From: Chloroflexota bacterium
GTDB taxonomy: Bacteria > Chloroflexota > UBA11872 > UBA12225 > JAJDUF01
Direction of reading: 5' to 3'
NCBI GenBank assembly: GCA_022826725.1
Contig: JAJDUF010000021.1
Location: 41,853-105,852 of the forward strand
Length of the DNA stretch: 64,000 bases
In this document: piece by piece, positions 17,424 to 28,739 of the stretch
Numbering within the stretch: the stretch's first letter is position 1
Layout: each line of letters begins with the position of its first letter
Made by a program: the position numbers and the translations under genes
Notes under the pieces: generated by a model
Told to the model about the DNA's origin: nothing
The model's input: the letters and a program-made list of their open reading frames with translations, nothing else
Databases searched by the model: none

Positions 17424-19933
17424 GCGTCGTCCGGTGCTGCATCGCCGTTCAATGCGGTGCCGTTACCAGCGCCGTTGATCTCCGGCGGCACGGCCATCTC
17501 CAGGTCCTCCTGAGAGATAATGGCGATGGACGACAACCGATCACCTGCTTTCAGGTTAATGAGGCGCACGCCCTGACTATTCCGGCCGGTGAGCCGGATT
17601 GAGTCCAGCGGCACGCGGAGCATGAGACCATCGGTGGAGGCGGCGAGAATCTCGGTGTCACCTGACCTTATCGAGGCGCAGCCGACGACCTGGCCTGATT
17701 CCTCCCCCGTTCGGAAGGCACGAACACCTTGTCCACCACGGTGTTTGGGCTGAAACTCGCGGGCCAAGGTCTTCTTGCCGTAGCCGTGGTCCGTAACCAA
17801 GAGCAAGGCGCCGGCCGCGTCTGCGCGCACGAGGCCGACGACCCGATCGCCCGCGGCCAGACGGATACCGCGCACCCCGCCGCTGGTCCGCCCGGAGCTA
17901 CGCAGCTCGGTTTCGTGAAAGCGAAGGGCCTTGCCGGACGCAGTGACGACGATCACGTCGTCTTGGCCGTTGGTGAGGAGCACGCCACACAGCGCGTCGC
18001 CGGATTCCAGGTCCATCGTCTTCACGCCGGCTTGCCGGGCCGTCGCATACGCCGCCAGCGGGGTGCGCTTCACCTCGCCCTGGGTCGTCGCTTGGATCAG
18101 GTAGGCATCGTCTTGGAAGGCTGCCAGTGGCAGGACGGTAGCAATGCGCTCTTCCGGCTCCAGCGCCACGAAGTTGACCAGGGCGGCGCCGCGGGCGGTG
18201 CGACTGGCATCCGGTAGCTCGTAGACGTGGGTCCGCAGCACCCGGCTGTGGGTGGTGAACAGCAGCAGCGAGTCGTGGGTATGGGTCACGAACAGGCGCG
18301 CGACGAGATCGTCGTCGCGGGTGGTAGCGCCGATCACGCCGCGGCCGCCGCGGTGTTGTGCGCGGTAGTAATGCAGCGGCATCCGCTTGACGTACCCGCG
18401 CCGCGTGACCACCACCGCGACGGACATGTCGGGCACGAGGTCGGCGTCGTCGAGCGATTCGCTCGCTCCGACGAGAATGCTGGTCCGCCGCTCGTCTCCG
18501 AAGCGCTCTTTGAGGGCCAGCAGCTCCTCGCGGATGAGTGCCCGGACCCGCGCCGGGTCGGCGAGGATCGCCTCAAGGTCGGCGATGGTGCGGCGCAGGT
18601 CGGCCAGCTCATCGGCGACCTTCTGACGCTCCAGCGCCACCAACCGCCGAAGCTGGAGGGCGAGGATGGCGTCGGCCTGCGTCTCGGTCAGTCCGAACCG
18701 GTCCATCAAGGTCTGCTGCGCCGCCTCGGTGGTATCCGCTGCCCGAATGACGGCGATGACCGCATCGAGGTGATCGAGGGCGATGGTTAGCCCCTCCAGC
18801 ACGTGGGCGCGCGCTTGCGCTCGCCGCAGGTCGTACTGCGTGCGGCGCGTGATGACCTCTTGCCGGTACTCGAGGTAGTAGCGCAATGCCCGCCGGAGGG
18901 TGAGAACGCGCGGCTGGCCATCTACCAGGGCGAGCATGTTCACGTTGAAGGCGCTTTGCAGGGCCGTGTGCTTGTAAAGCTGATTGAGCACCGCCTGCGG
19001 CTGTACGCCGCTGCGGATGTCAATGGCGACGCGCAGCCCTTGGCGGTCTGATTCATCGCGCATCCCGGTGATGCCGGTGATGACCTTGCGCGTCACTAGC
19101 TCGGCGATCTTCTCCTGCAGGGCGGCCTTGTTCACCTGATACGGTAGCTCGGAGATTACGATCCGGAAGCGGTCCGTGCCGCTTTCTTCAACGGTCGCGC
19201 GGGCACGCATGACGACCCGGCCGCGCCCGGTCGCGTAGGCGTCGCGGATGCCGTCCACCCCAACGATGAGTCCACCGGTGGGGAAATCCGGCCCGCGTAC
19301 CAGGCGCTGGAGATCCTCGACGGACGCCTCGGGGTTGTCAATCAGGCAAATCAGGCCGTCGGCTACCTCACTCAGGTTGTGCGGGGGGATTTTGGTCGCC
19401 ATACCCACCGCAATGCCTTCCGCACCGTTGAGCAGCAGGTTGGGTAGCCGGGCCGGGAGCGCCAGCGGCTCCTGTTCCGTGCCATCGTAATTGTCGTCGA
19501 AGTCAACGGTCTCTTTTTCGATCTCGACCAGCAGCTCTTCCGCAATCGGAGTCAGCCGTGCTTCGGTGTATCGGATCGCAGCGGGTGGATCGTTGTCAAT
19601 GGAGCCGAAGTTGCCCTGGCCGTCAATCAGTGGGTAGCGGAGGGAGAAATCTTGGGCCATCCGCACCATCGCGTCATAGATCGCGCTTTCCGAGTGCGGA
19701 TGGAACTTCCCCAGCACTTCGCCGGTCGTGCGCGCACTCTTCTTGTAGGCGCTGTTGGCGCGAGTGCCACTGGACCACATGGTATAGAGAATGCGCCGCT
19801 GGACCGGTTTGAGGCCATCGCGGGCATCCGGGAACGCCCGACCGACAATGACGCTCATGGCGTATTCGAGGTAGGAGGTCCGCATCTCCGTCTCGAACTG
19901 AATCGGCCGCACGATGCCGATGCTGTCGGTCAT
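17420..19933 (-). CDS. gyrA: DNA gyrase subunit A
   Basis: [30 protein letters not shown] and [23 protein letters not shown] are present, followed by C-terminal beta-pinwheel repeats. The ATG at 19933 follows GGAGGG. The stop overlaps the convergent methyltransferase stop by 4 nt. Confidence 0.95.
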   Translation of the reverse strand: MTDSIGIVRPIQFETEMRTSYLEYAMSVIVGRAFPDARDGLKPVQRRILYTMWSSGTRANSAYKKSARTTGEVLGKFHPHSESAIYDAMVRMAQDFSLRYPLIDGQGNFGSIDNDPPAAIRYTEARLTPIAEELLVEIEKETVDFDDNYDGTEQEPLALPARLPNLLLNGAEGIAVGMATKIPPHNLSEVADGLICLIDNPEASVEDLQRLVRGPDFPTGGLIVGVDGIRDAYATGRGRVVMRARATVEESGTDRFRIVISELPYQVNKAALQEKIAELVTRKVITGITGMRDESDRQGLRVAIDIRSGVQPQAVLNQLYKHTALQSAFNVNMLALVDGQPRVLTLRRALRYYLEYRQEVITRRTQYDLRRAQARAHVLEGLTIALDHLDAVIAVIRAADTTEAAQQTLMDRFGLTETQADAILALQLRRLVALERQKVADELADLRRTIADLEAILADPARVRALIREELLALKERFGDERRTSILVGASESLDDADLVPDMSVAVVVTRRGYVKRMPLHYYRAQHRGGRGVIGATTRDDDLVARLFVTHTHDSLLLFTTHSRVLRTHVYELPDASRTARGAALVNFVALEPEERIATVLPLAAFQDDAYLIQATTQGEVKRTPLAAYATARQAGVKTMDLESGDALCGVLLTNGQDDVIVVTASGKALRFHETELRSSGRTSGGVRGIRLAAGDRVVGLVRADAAGALLLVTDHGYGKKTLAREFQPKHRGGQGVRAFRTGEESGQVVGCASIRSGDTEILAASTDGLMLRVPLDSIRLTGRNSQGVRLINLKAGDRLSSIAIISQEDLEMAVPPEINGAGNGTALNGDAAPDDA

Positions 19934-20187
19934 GGACCCTCCGTCTGTCTGCATGTGGGGCCGGCCGCGGTGTGCGGTGAGGCCGGTGAAATAAGTAGAT
20001 CGGGGGACAGCGAGGCGCCGCCGAGCGTAGCCGGATAGTGGCTCTGGATACACGCTTCGGAAAGCGAAAAGTGCCTCATCTATGCATGGTAAGTATACCG
20101 CACTACCGAGGTTTGCGCCGTGTGGCAGCAGTGTACGGCCAGGGAAATATCACTGATCCGCCCGCGCGATTGCGCTGTCCGGACCGC

Positions 20188-20916
20188 TTACAGTCGGGGC
20201 AGGATGAGGGCGAAATCGAGCCAGGCAACCAGGCTGCCGAGGAGCGTCCCGCCGGCGACTTGGGGGATGGTGTGCCGCGCGGCGCGCACTCGTGCCCAGC
20301 AGACGAGAGGCACAATGAGTATCCCCGGCAGAGCCGTAGGACCTAGCACATTGAGCAGCGCCGTGGCCGGGAGGGCGCTGCCGGCGGCGTGCATGCTGAT
20401 CTTCCAGCGTTGGGTAATCGCCGCCATCAAAACGCCCAAGAGCACATAGCCGAGGGCGAGTGCCCAGATGTGCTGCGGAGCGGAGAGGCGGATCAACACC
20501 ACGGCCCCGATGGCGCAACTGAGGGTGCAGACGAGGTAAGGGCGTAGCCGCTCTTCGGTAAACACCAGCTCAATGCCGCCGTGAATGCGCTGTCGCCGGA
20601 TGAGCCAGCCGATGTAGGCGGTCGGAATAATGACCATGAAGAGCATACTCACCAGTGCCGTGCGTGCCGCTACCAGTGGCTCGGCGACCAGATACGCGCT
20701 CAACACGACCAGCGCGCCGGTGGCAACCAGCGGCGGCATGAAGATGATGCCGATGAGCTTGGCCCAGCGATGCTGCTCGGCCGTAGCCATTGAAGCAGCT
20801 GGTGTGTCCTCGCTCGGTAGCTGCGCTACTGCCGCGCCGGAAGCGGACGATAGGGCCAGAGGCGGTGTGCTTTCGGCGCTGCTAGGTGGGCCGTCAGCTG
20901 CTTTCATAGAGGCCAC
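20188..20916 (-). CDS. PAP2-like integral membrane protein
   Basis: Multi-pass hydrophobic protein with ERLRP, SMHAAG and [15 protein letters not shown], which resemble PAP2 motifs 1-3. The last Asp is replaced by Gln. The start is uncertain because it overlaps the moaC stop by 23 nt; an alternative ATG lies at 20790. Confidence 0.5.
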   Translation of the reverse strand: MASMKAADGPPSSAESTPPLALSSASGAAVAQLPSEDTPAASMATAEQHRWAKLIGIIFMPPLVATGALVVLSAYLVAEPLVAARTALVSMLFMVIIPTAYIGWLIRRQRIHGGIELVFTEERLRPYLVCTLSCAIGAVVLIRLSAPQHIWALALGYVLLGVLMAAITQRWKISMHAAGSALPATALLNVLGPTALPGILIVPLVCWARVRAARHTIPQVAGGTLLGSLVAWLDFALILPRL

Positions 20917-21415
20917 TACGTCCCCCGCTCTTCCGAACCAACCGCACGTGCTCCAAGCGCATCCCGCGGTCTACGGCCTTGCACATATCATAGACGGTCA
21001 GCCCCGCTACCGAGACCGCCGTCAGCGCTTCCATCTCAACACCGGTCTTGCTTGTGGTACGCACCTCGGCTTCGAGTAGCAAGCGGGACTGTGCGCGGTC
21101 CCAATCGAAGCGCAAGGTGGCGCTGGTCAGCGGCAGCGGATGGCAGAGTGGAATAAGCTCCGCCGTCTTCTTGGCCGCCATGATACCGGCCACTTGCGCC
21201 ACCCCGAGCACGTCGCCCTTCCCGAGCCTTTGGCCTGCCGGGTCGGAAGGTTGTCCTTCCTGCTGGGCAATAATCAACTCCAGTGTGGCCGGCTCCATCA
21301 CCAACTCGGCCCGCGCAACGGCCTCACGCTGAGTGTCGGGTTTCGAACCCACGTCCACCATGCGTGCCCGACCGGCAGCATCAAGGTGCGTCAGCGATCC
21401 GGAAGCAGCGCTCAT
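20894..21415 (-). CDS. moaC: cyclic pyranopterin monophosphate synthase
   Basis: [21 protein letters not shown]...[16 protein letters not shown]...[25 protein letters not shown] are present. The start is the ATG at 21415. Confidence 0.9.
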   Translation of the reverse strand: MSAASGSLTHLDAAGRARMVDVGSKPDTQREAVARAELVMEPATLELIIAQQEGQPSDPAGQRLGKGDVLGVAQVAGIMAAKKTAELIPLCHPLPLTSATLRFDWDRAQSRLLLEAEVRTTSKTGVEMEALTAVSVAGLTVYDMCKAVDRGMRLEHVRLVRKSGGRSGLYESS

Positions 21416-21511
21416 TGTGCACCGTAAGGATACCACGCCGCTTGGATGCTTGTATGGGCGCAATAGGCTGTGCCTACCCTAGTGGCAGTAGCGTTCGGGT
21501 GCCGGTATGGT

Positions 21512-22402
21512 TCAGCGTGCCGGCGCCGGCGACGCGGGGCTGATGGGTACGGCGAGGCGGTCTTCGCCCACGACGATGGTCCCGTCGAACACCGCCGCGG
21601 CCTCGGCACACATGCGCTCGCGGAGACCGGGGGCGAGCACTTGCTCCGTGAGATGCACGAGCACGAGGGTACGCACGCCGGCCTCTTGGGCGGTGCGGGC
21701 TGCATCGAGGTGGCCGGAGCAGGCTGCGGTCATGCGAGGGTCGACTTCCTCGCCGTTGATGAAGTGGCACATGTGCAGGAGCACGTCGGCCCCTTGCGCC
21801 AGCTCGGTTAGGCGCGACGTCGGTGCGGTATCACCGCTGTACACGACGCTCCCGCCGGCCGCATTCAGCCGGTACGCGACCGAGTGCAGGTGCGGTTGGC
21901 AATGGCGCGTCTCGGCCACCGTCACCTGCCAGTTGGTACCGGGCACGCTGGCGCCGTCCTGGACTTCCGTGACGAGAGGCTGCGGTCGCTGCCGCGGCAA
22001 GACGCCACCCCGGCGCTGATAGATGGCCTGGCTGCTCCCGTGCTGGGTCCTGCCTTCCAGGTCCGGTCCCCAGACGCCGGTCTCGTCGAAGAGCAGGCGT
22101 GTCATCCGCGCCACGCCGCGGGGACCGTAGACCGCCAGATCGGGAATGCGCCCGGCGCCCTGATCCCAACGGGTCAGCACCAGGTAGGGATAGTCATTGC
22201 AGTGGTCGTAGTGGAGGTGGGTAAGAAACAGGTGGGTCACCTCTGTGGGCGCGACGCCGACTTCCAGCAGCCGCCGTACTGCCCCCGGCCCACAGTCGAA
22301 GAGCAGCCGATCATCACCGCACTCGATCAGAAAGCTGGCGCCGGCCCGGTAGAGCAGCGGAGTCGGCGTACCCGTACCAAGTAGCCTGAGTCGTGGGACC
22401 AT
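21512..22402 (-). CDS. MBL-fold metallo-hydrolase (RNase Z / beta-lactamase-like)
   Basis: LRLLGTGTP...LFDCGPG...LFLTHLHYDHCNDYP carries the HxHxDH motif. The start is the ATG at 22402. Confidence 0.8.
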   Translation of the reverse strand: MVPRLRLLGTGTPTPLLYRAGASFLIECGDDRLLFDCGPGAVRRLLEVGVAPTEVTHLFLTHLHYDHCNDYPYLVLTRWDQGAGRIPDLAVYGPRGVARMTRLLFDETGVWGPDLEGRTQHGSSQAIYQRRGGVLPRQRPQPLVTEVQDGASVPGTNWQVTVAETRHCQPHLHSVAYRLNAAGGSVVYSGDTAPTSRLTELAQGADVLLHMCHFINGEEVDPRMTAACSGHLDAARTAQEAGVRTLVLVHLTEQVLAPGLRERMCAEAAAVFDGTIVVGEDRLAVPISPASPAPAR

Positions 22403-22650
22403 GGTGGCTCCGTATCCGTCCTCTGCGAATGGTGCAGCTAGTGTGCCATAGCCGGCACCCGTACTGCGGCGAAAGCCGGGATCCATGCTCCCCTGCCGCG
22501 GCGGGAAGGCCGCAGGGGCCCTGGCGCCGGCTGTGCCGGGGAACGCGGGCAACTGCAAGGGTTGCCCCTACGGCGGCCTGGCGCCGGCTGCTGCTATCCT
22601 TTGCAGGGCATTGGCCCCCTCGGGTCATAGAGCAGGCCGGCAACCGGACG

Positions 22651-25600
22651 ATGACCGGCTTCTGCACAATCCGACGGAGCTATAGCCGTGCCGACCTGGC
22701 GGTCAGACGTATGATCCAGCGCGCGTTCTCACAGCTTCCGGCCGTCTATCACGCATTTCACCGGGCCACGTGGCTGCACGTGCTCGTCATTCTCGCTGCC
22801 GGCATTGCCGTCCGCTGGCCGCTGTTAGCTTTGGCACCCTTTTTCACCACCGATGGCGCCTGTTGCTACTACCATTCTGCCGCTAACCAACTCCTCGCGG
22901 GTCAGCCCTTCGACTCGCACCTGCACTATCCGCCGGGCTATTCCCTCTTCCTCGCTGCCATCCTCGCGGTCACTGGGGGCAGCACGGCGGCTGCCATGCT
23001 CGTCCAGCATCTCATGGGTCTCGCTGCCGGCTTGCTGGTCTATCTCATTGGCCGTCGCCTGTTTGGTCCTCTGGTCGGGCTAGTGGCTGCGCTGCTGACC
23101 GTGCTTGACGTGGAGCTGGCGCTGTACGAGCACGCGGTCATGACCGAGACCCTCTTTGCCCTGCTCCTGCTCTGTGTCCCCGCGCTGGTCCTGTTGACCT
23201 GTCAGAACGGCACCACCATACGCTCACCGGATCGTGCCGTTCTGGCGGGTCAATTGCGCTTGTCTGGCTCCATCTGGCTGAAAGTAGCGGGCTTTGGACT
23301 GCTGGCCGGCACCGTGACATTAGTCCGGCCCACGGGGACTTTTCTTCCCTTCTTGGTGCTGCTCATGCCGGGGCTTGACTCAGTGCGTGATGCTGCCGGA
23401 GCCGCCGCCAGGCCGGCCTGGCGGCGGCTCCGGCAGCTCTGGTACGCCAGCCGGCGAGTACGGCTGACGCTGGTGGCTCTCATGGGAATGGCCCTCATCG
23501 TGGTACCGGTTATGGTCTGGAATAAGCAGACGCATGGGGTGTTTGCCCTCACCTCGTCGTTCCAGCGCAACATGCTCTATCCGATTGAGGAAGCCCCAGA
23601 GCGCCTGCTGCAGGGGCGTGGGGGCGGAGACCCGTTGCTCGGACGAGTCAAGGCGACCATCAGTCACCACCCCACGTCGCCCTGGGTAGGGCCATATGGC
23701 CTGCTGCAGGACCGCTTTCACCTCTCGAGCGAGGCGCTGGATCGGCTGCTGCTGCGTGCGGCGTTGGACTTTGTGCTTGCCGATCCGCTGGCCTACATCG
23801 GTAGGACCATGCGCCGGCTGCCACGGCTCCTGACGGCAAGCGGGACCACTGCCGTGGGCCTTGTGCAGTGGGGAGATCAGCAGTACGCCAACGCCGGCGG
23901 GCCGGCCCAGTTGGGCGTCAGCGCGTACGACTACGAGGCGGAGTTAGCGGCGGCGCAAGTCTTCGATCAGCGGACGGAGTTCTTGCGCTATGGCCACTAT
24001 GCCTGGGTACTGCTCGTCCTGGCTATCTTTGCCGGAACCCGCTATTACGGCCGCGCTGCCCCGTTCGTGGCCGTGATTTTGGTCATCACCGTGGTGTCTG
24101 CTGGCGTGATCAACGACGACGCCTTCCCCCTGCGGTATAGATTCCCGGTGAACTGGGCGATCTACCTCCTCGCCGCGGCCGGCGCGGCCGGAGTGTTCAG
24201 CATGGTCCGGACCGCGCTGATGACCCCCGCCGGGCGGTGGCGTGGCCTATGGCCTATGCCCCCGATCTGGCCGACCATCCGGCGCGGTCAGCTGCCGGTG
24301 CTGGTCGCGCTGCTCGCCACGGCGGTTGTGCTGGCAGCTCTGGCTGCGGGACACCAAGCCTTCACTCATCGCCCGCAGGTGGTTCACCCTCTGGCCACAC
24401 TCGGCAGCGCGGGACCGCCGCTGAGTGCGCTGCTTGCTGCGGCCCGTGCCACCACGCCACAGTTGGCACCGGCGCCACGGGCTGCGGTCTTGCTGCTCGC
24501 CGCCGACCAGGCCGTTGATGTGGTGGGTCCGGTGGAGGACCGGCCGGATGGCCAACCCGATCATGCCGTCCTACTCGCGCTCGGTCAGGAGGTGCATGAC
24601 CAGCGCGTCACCTTCATTGAACTCCGGGCCGCTGACGGTGCCATTTGGGATACAACGGGATGGTACGGTCCCCTACTCGTCTTTCAGCTTGAAGGTGGCG
24701 CGGTCCTGTCGCCGCGGGCTGTACCGGGGCCTGTGCCTCCACAGTTGCTTGGCGGTGACCACCTTTTGCTGCTCGCCGCCGCGAGGAGCATTCCACCCGA
24801 CACGCCGGCCTTCCGCGCGGTGACGCTCCATTTCCGCGATGGGCAAAGCCGCACGTATCCGGTTGATACCGCGCCCGTGCCGGCGAGCCGGGTAGCTGCT
24901 GCCCAGGCGTTGATGCCGGAGCAATGGCTGGCGCGCTACGCGACACCGGACGCTCGCGTGGCCGTCATGCACCGGGAAGTGGCCATGCTTATGGCGGCAC
25001 ATTTGGCCCCCTACGCTGCGTTGCAGTCTCTTGAGCTACCGGCCGATGACCGCGCCGCGATCCACAAGTGGCTGCACGCCGAGGCGCTGGCGCGCCACGC
25101 GATTGAGTATGTCTGGGTGGGGAACTCTGCGGCCCTCAAGGGGGAAGCGGCGACGGCTGTGCTGGACCCGACGCGCCTGCGTCCGGTGCTGCTCGAGGTA
25201 CAGCCGGGCGAGTGCCCGGTGCGCTGGCGGGGCCTGTTCGTCGTCGCCACCGCCGCGGCAGCGACCGATGCCCCGCTGATCCCGCTGACGATCCCGCACG
25301 CTCTGGCCGCTGATGAGTTTCCGGGCATGATTCGCTTTAGCTTTACGGCTGTAGAGCCGCTGGCGCCGGGCGCGGCAACGACAATACACCTGGAAGTGAC
25401 TAACCGGAGCACGCAGCGGTGGTACGGCACATGTAGTACCCGGGACTATCCGGTAGGAGTAGCGGTGGAGGGGCGGCGTTCACCGGAGATTCCCTGGACG
25501 CTCGTCGGGGAGGCGCTGTTGACGGACGACCTGCCGGCCGGAGGGACGGCCCAGGTGGCGGTGGAGGTCACGGCCCCGCGTGAGGTGGGCCGGTACGAGC

Positions 25601-25680
25601 TGCGGGCACGGCTGGTGCAGCGGCCGGATCGCGTCTCGCCAGCCACGCCGGCTATGACCAGCCTGGTGGTCTCGGATTAG
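22651..25680 (+). CDS. large polytopic membrane protein, GT-C (GT39/ArnT-like) glycosyltransferase N-terminal region with a ~450-aa extracytoplasmic C-terminal region
   Basis: LHYPPGYSLFLAAILAVTGG and more than 10 hydrophobic segments fit phospholipid-carrier-dependent glycosyltransferases. The C-terminal region is unassigned and ends in an Ig-like looking segment (IHLEVTNRSTQRW...VAVEVTAPREVGRYELRARL). The start is the ATG at 22651. Confidence 0.55.
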   Translation: MTGFCTIRRSYSRADLAVRRMIQRAFSQLPAVYHAFHRATWLHVLVILAAGIAVRWPLLALAPFFTTDGACCYYHSAANQLLAGQPFDSHLHYPPGYSLFLAAILAVTGGSTAAAMLVQHLMGLAAGLLVYLIGRRLFGPLVGLVAALLTVLDVELALYEHAVMTETLFALLLLCVPALVLLTCQNGTTIRSPDRAVLAGQLRLSGSIWLKVAGFGLLAGTVTLVRPTGTFLPFLVLLMPGLDSVRDAAGAAARPAWRRLRQLWYASRRVRLTLVALMGMALIVVPVMVWNKQTHGVFALTSSFQRNMLYPIEEAPERLLQGRGGGDPLLGRVKATISHHPTSPWVGPYGLLQDRFHLSSEALDRLLLRAALDFVLADPLAYIGRTMRRLPRLLTASGTTAVGLVQWGDQQYANAGGPAQLGVSAYDYEAELAAAQVFDQRTEFLRYGHYAWVLLVLAIFAGTRYYGRAAPFVAVILVITVVSAGVINDDAFPLRYRFPVNWAIYLLAAAGAAGVFSMVRTALMTPAGRWRGLWPMPPIWPTIRRGQLPVLVALLATAVVLAALAAGHQAFTHRPQVVHPLATLGSAGPPLSALLAAARATTPQLAPAPRAAVLLLAADQAVDVVGPVEDRPDGQPDHAVLLALGQEVHDQRVTFIELRAADGAIWDTTGWYGPLLVFQLEGGAVLSPRAVPGPVPPQLLGGDHLLLLAAARSIPPDTPAFRAVTLHFRDGQSRTYPVDTAPVPASRVAAAQALMPEQWLARYATPDARVAVMHREVAMLMAAHLAPYAALQSLELPADDRAAIHKWLHAEALARHAIEYVWVGNSAALKGEAATAVLDPTRLRPVLLEVQPGECPVRWRGLFVVATAAAATDAPLIPLTIPHALAADEFPGMIRFSFTAVEPLAPGAATTIHLEVTNRSTQRWYGTCSTRDYPVGVAVEGRRSPEIPWTLVGEALLTDDLPAGGTAQVAVEVTAPREVGRYELRARLVQRPDRVSPATPAMTSLVVSD

Positions 25681-25768
25681 GTCCGGTCTCGGAGTCATGT
25701 CGTTGGGATTACGCGGCCCTGTAACATCTCCTGACTTCTCGGCCAAGTAGTTCATAAGGCCAGAGTGA

Positions 25769-26479
25769 GTGTGCAGCCGCGGCTGCGATGGCCTGGCGAG
25801 GTTTCGGGAGATGCGCGTGACGCGAGCGATGACACGCGACGTACCGGCGGCTGTCTCGGAGCTTTCCGATGACAGCGCCAGCGCATCGCCAAGTGCCGTC
25901 TTGGGCGCAGGCATCGAGCACGACTTCGTAAGCCTGCGGCGCGCGGTGGAGCTGCTCGTGTGGCGCTTCCTCGCGCAGCAAGGTCGTCCACTCGACCATG
26001 AGGCGCTCCGTACTACCGCGGAGGACGTACTCCAAGAGGCTATTGCGCGTGTCCTGCAGCGGGCGGCGGCATATGATCCGCAGCGCTCGGCCCACGCCTG
26101 GGTGCTCGGGTTTGCCATCAAGGTGCTCCAGGAGCGGCGCCGGCGTGAGCACCGTGAGCGCCAGTATCTCGTCGCCGCTACCGGCGGCGCTGCCTCGGAG
26201 GCGGAGCACGCTGCCGACACCCTGCTGGAGCGCGTCAGCGACCTAGCAACGACCGACCGGCAAGGGCTGCTGGAGCTGCTCGATCTCGTGAGCGCAGCCG
26301 ACCGGCGAGTCCTCACCTTGCGGTTTGTCTACCGGCTGCGCGGGCGAGAACTGGCCCAGGAACTGGGTATCTCGCATGGCGCCGCGCGCACACGGTTGAG
26401 CCGTGCGTTGAGCCGCTTGGCCACAGCCTATCACCGGGCCGACCGGTTCGCTGGAGAGGGTGTGGCAGAGGAGGGCTAG
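25769..26479 (+). CDS. ECF-type RNA polymerase sigma-70 family factor
   Basis: The region 2-like part is EDVLQEAIARVLQRAAAYDPQRSAHAWVLGFA. The region 4 part is LSAADRRVLTLRFVYRLRGRELAQELGISHGAARTRLSRALSRL. The start is uncertain: GTG at 25769 or ATG at 25811. Confidence 0.8.
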   Translation: MCSRGCDGLARFREMRVTRAMTRDVPAAVSELSDDSASASPSAVLGAGIEHDFVSLRRAVELLVWRFLAQQGRPLDHEALRTTAEDVLQEAIARVLQRAAAYDPQRSAHAWVLGFAIKVLQERRRREHRERQYLVAATGGAASEAEHAADTLLERVSDLATTDRQGLLELLDLVSAADRRVLTLRFVYRLRGRELAQELGISHGAARTRLSRALSRLATAYHRADRFAGEGVAEEG

Positions 26480-27780
26480 TGATGCCAGATACGAATGGTT
26501 TGCATGACCGGCCAGCGCCGCACGATCCACACGATCCAATGGAAATCGGTGCTGCGGCCCCGGCCGAGCACCGCGAGCGGCAGCGAGAGTTGGTGCTGTG
26601 CCGCTATGTACAGGCATTCGACCGCGGGGACCTGGCGGCGCTGGCCGCTGCCCTGGCGCAGGCGGCCGACGATCCGGAGCTTGACCGCCAGATCATGGCG
26701 GTGAATACGGCACTGCACAGCGAGGCGGGCCTCCGACCATTGGCGACGCCGGCGGCGTTCGTCGCTCGTCATAGCCACAATGGCGAGCGTGCTGCCGAGA
26801 CGGTTGGTACCGCTGCCGCCGGTGCGACTGCCGGCGTCCAATCTCGCTCGCCGCGGCCGGCCATTGCTGGCCGGCGGAAAGGGGAAAAGCCGATGGCAGT
26901 TTCGAGATCGCTTTCCTGGTTCACGTGGCTGGCCGGCCAGTGGCGCTGGCGGCTGGCCGCGGCGGTAGCCGTCGTGGCGGTGCTGCTGGGCGGTGTGTTG
27001 GCGACGCCAGCGGGCCGGGCCTTGGCGACGGAGTTGCTGGGGCAGTTCCGGGTGCAGAAGTTCGCCCTCATCACGGTCGCGCCGCAGGACCCGGTGGCTA
27101 ACTTTGCCAGCCTGGAGCAGTTCGGCACGCTGCACGTGCCTGAAGATATGCAGGAAGGGGGTACGGAGGCGACCAGCGTTGCCGCGGCCGCGGAGCAAGT
27201 CGGCTTTACCGTCCTGCCGCCCACGCACCTACCCTCCGGCCTCTCGGCAGACCCGCAGGTCCACACGATGCCGGCTTCTACGGTGAGCTTCACCGTAGAT
27301 CGGGACAAGGCGCTGGCCTACCTGGCCGAGCAGGGTCACTCCGACGTCAGCGTGCCGGAAGCGCTGGACGACTCCACGATTCATCTGACCATAGCGGCAG
27401 CCGTGCTGTTGATCTACGGCGACGATGCCGGGCAAGTATCGCTGGTGGTTGGTCAGTCACCTAGCCCGACGGTGACTGTCTCCGGCGAGGCGACACTGGA
27501 GCAGTTCCGCTCATTCCTGTTGAGTTTGCCGGGCCTCCCGGCCGACACGGTAGCCCAGTTGCGGGCGATTGACGACTGGACGCAGACGTTGCCCATCCCC
27601 GTACCGCAAGATGAGGCCGTCTCCCAGCACGTCACGGTTGATGGAGCACCTGGCGTCAGCGTGCAGGATGCCCAGACGCGGCACGGGGTTGTGCTGTGGC
27701 AGCGGGACGGCATGGTGTACGGCGTGGGCGGGAGCTACGACGAGCAAGAGCTACTGGCCGTCGCTGCTTCCCTCCAATAG
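26479..27780 (+). CDS. putative membrane-anchored anti-sigma factor with an extracytoplasmic DUF4367-like domain
   Basis: The start overlaps the sigma gene stop. There is a cytoplasmic N-terminal helix region and one TM segment (LAAAVAVVAVLLGGVLA). The C-terminal part FTVLPPTHLPSG...VLWQRDGMVYGVGGS resembles the domain found in anti-sigma factors. Confidence 0.5.
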   Translation: MMPDTNGLHDRPAPHDPHDPMEIGAAAPAEHRERQRELVLCRYVQAFDRGDLAALAAALAQAADDPELDRQIMAVNTALHSEAGLRPLATPAAFVARHSHNGERAAETVGTAAAGATAGVQSRSPRPAIAGRRKGEKPMAVSRSLSWFTWLAGQWRWRLAAAVAVVAVLLGGVLATPAGRALATELLGQFRVQKFALITVAPQDPVANFASLEQFGTLHVPEDMQEGGTEATSVAAAAEQVGFTVLPPTHLPSGLSADPQVHTMPASTVSFTVDRDKALAYLAEQGHSDVSVPEALDDSTIHLTIAAAVLLIYGDDAGQVSLVVGQSPSPTVTVSGEATLEQFRSFLLSLPGLPADTVAQLRAIDDWTQTLPIPVPQDEAVSQHVTVDGAPGVSVQDAQTRHGVVLWQRDGMVYGVGGSYDEQELLAVAASLQ

Positions 27781-27785
27781 CGACC

Positions 27786-28739
27786 ATGGCTGCACGTACC
27801 GATGCCCAGTCAGGATGGGCCATCGAAACCGAGGGACTGCGGAAGGTCTACGGTCGCTTCGTGGCCTTGGAGGACCTCACGCTCCGCGTCGCGCCTGGTG
27901 AGGTCTTCGGCTTTCTCGGACCGAACGGCGCCGGCAAAACGACGGCGCTCAAAATCCTGCTCGGCTTGGCCGCCGCGACCAGCGGGAGTGGGCGCGTCCT
28001 GGATCGGCCGGTTGGTGACCGGGCGGTGCGGCGGCACGTCGGCTACCTGCCGGAGCACTTCCGGTTTCCCGACTGGCTGACCGGCAGCGAGTTCGTGGAT
28101 ATTCACGGTCGCCTCGCCGGGCTGTCGCGCACCGCGCGCCGCGAACGAGTCCCCCAGGCGCTGGCGACCGTCGGGTTGACGGCGGCGGCCGATAAGCAGC
28201 TCCACACCTACTCGAAGGGAATGCAGCAGCGTGTCGGACTGGCGCAAGCCATTGTCCACCGCCCCACACTGGTCTTCCTGGACGAGCCGACCTCGGCGCT
28301 GGACCCGGTTGGCCGCCGCGACGTGCGGAATCTGATTAGCCGACTCCGTGACGAGGGCGTGACGGTCTTCCTCAATTCGCACCTCCTGAGCGAAGTAGAG
28401 CTGGTGTGCGACCGCGTAGCCATCGTGAACCACGGCCGCGTGGTGCGCGCTGGCGCGCTGGCCGACTTGCTCGCCGGTGAGCACGTGCTGCGGCTCACGG
28501 TAGACCGCGCCACCGAGCAGCTCTGCGCGGCCCTTCGCGCTTGGGGCACCGTCGAGCGCTTGGACGAACGCGAGCTACGGATCGTCACGTCGGGACCGGG
28601 AGTGGCGCCGGCGGTGGCCGCGGCGGTCGTCGCGCAGGGTCGGCAACTGTTCGCGTTGATTCCCGAGCAGCACTCCCTGGAGGAGGTCTTTCTCGGTGCG
28701 CTCGGCGCGGCCGGTGACGCGGAGGACGCGACGCCATGA
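27786..28739 (+). CDS. ABC transporter ATP-binding protein (ABC-2 / DrrA-like)
   Basis: Walker A is [12 protein letters not shown], the signature is YSKGMQQR and Walker B is [12 protein letters not shown]. The start is the ATG at 27786. Confidence 0.9.
   Translation: MAARTDAQSGWAIETEGLRKVYGRFVALEDLTLRVAPGEVFGFLGPNGAGKTTALKILLGLAAATSGSGRVLDRPVGDRAVRRHVGYLPEHFRFPDWLTGSEFVDIHGRLAGLSRTARRERVPQALATVGLTAAADKQLHTYSKGMQQRVGLAQAIVHRPTLVFLDEPTSALDPVGRRDVRNLISRLRDEGVTVFLNSHLLSEVELVCDRVAIVNHGRVVRAGALADLLAGEHVLRLTVDRATEQLCAALRAWGTVERLDERELRIVTSGPGVAPAVAAAVVAQGRQLFALIPEQHSLEEVFLGALGAAGDAEDATP

Noticed and set aside
21338-21350. T-loop-like GGGTTTCGAACCC that could indicate a second tRNA
   Set aside because: It lies inside the well-supported moaC CDS. 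No acceptor or anticodon stems can be built around it.
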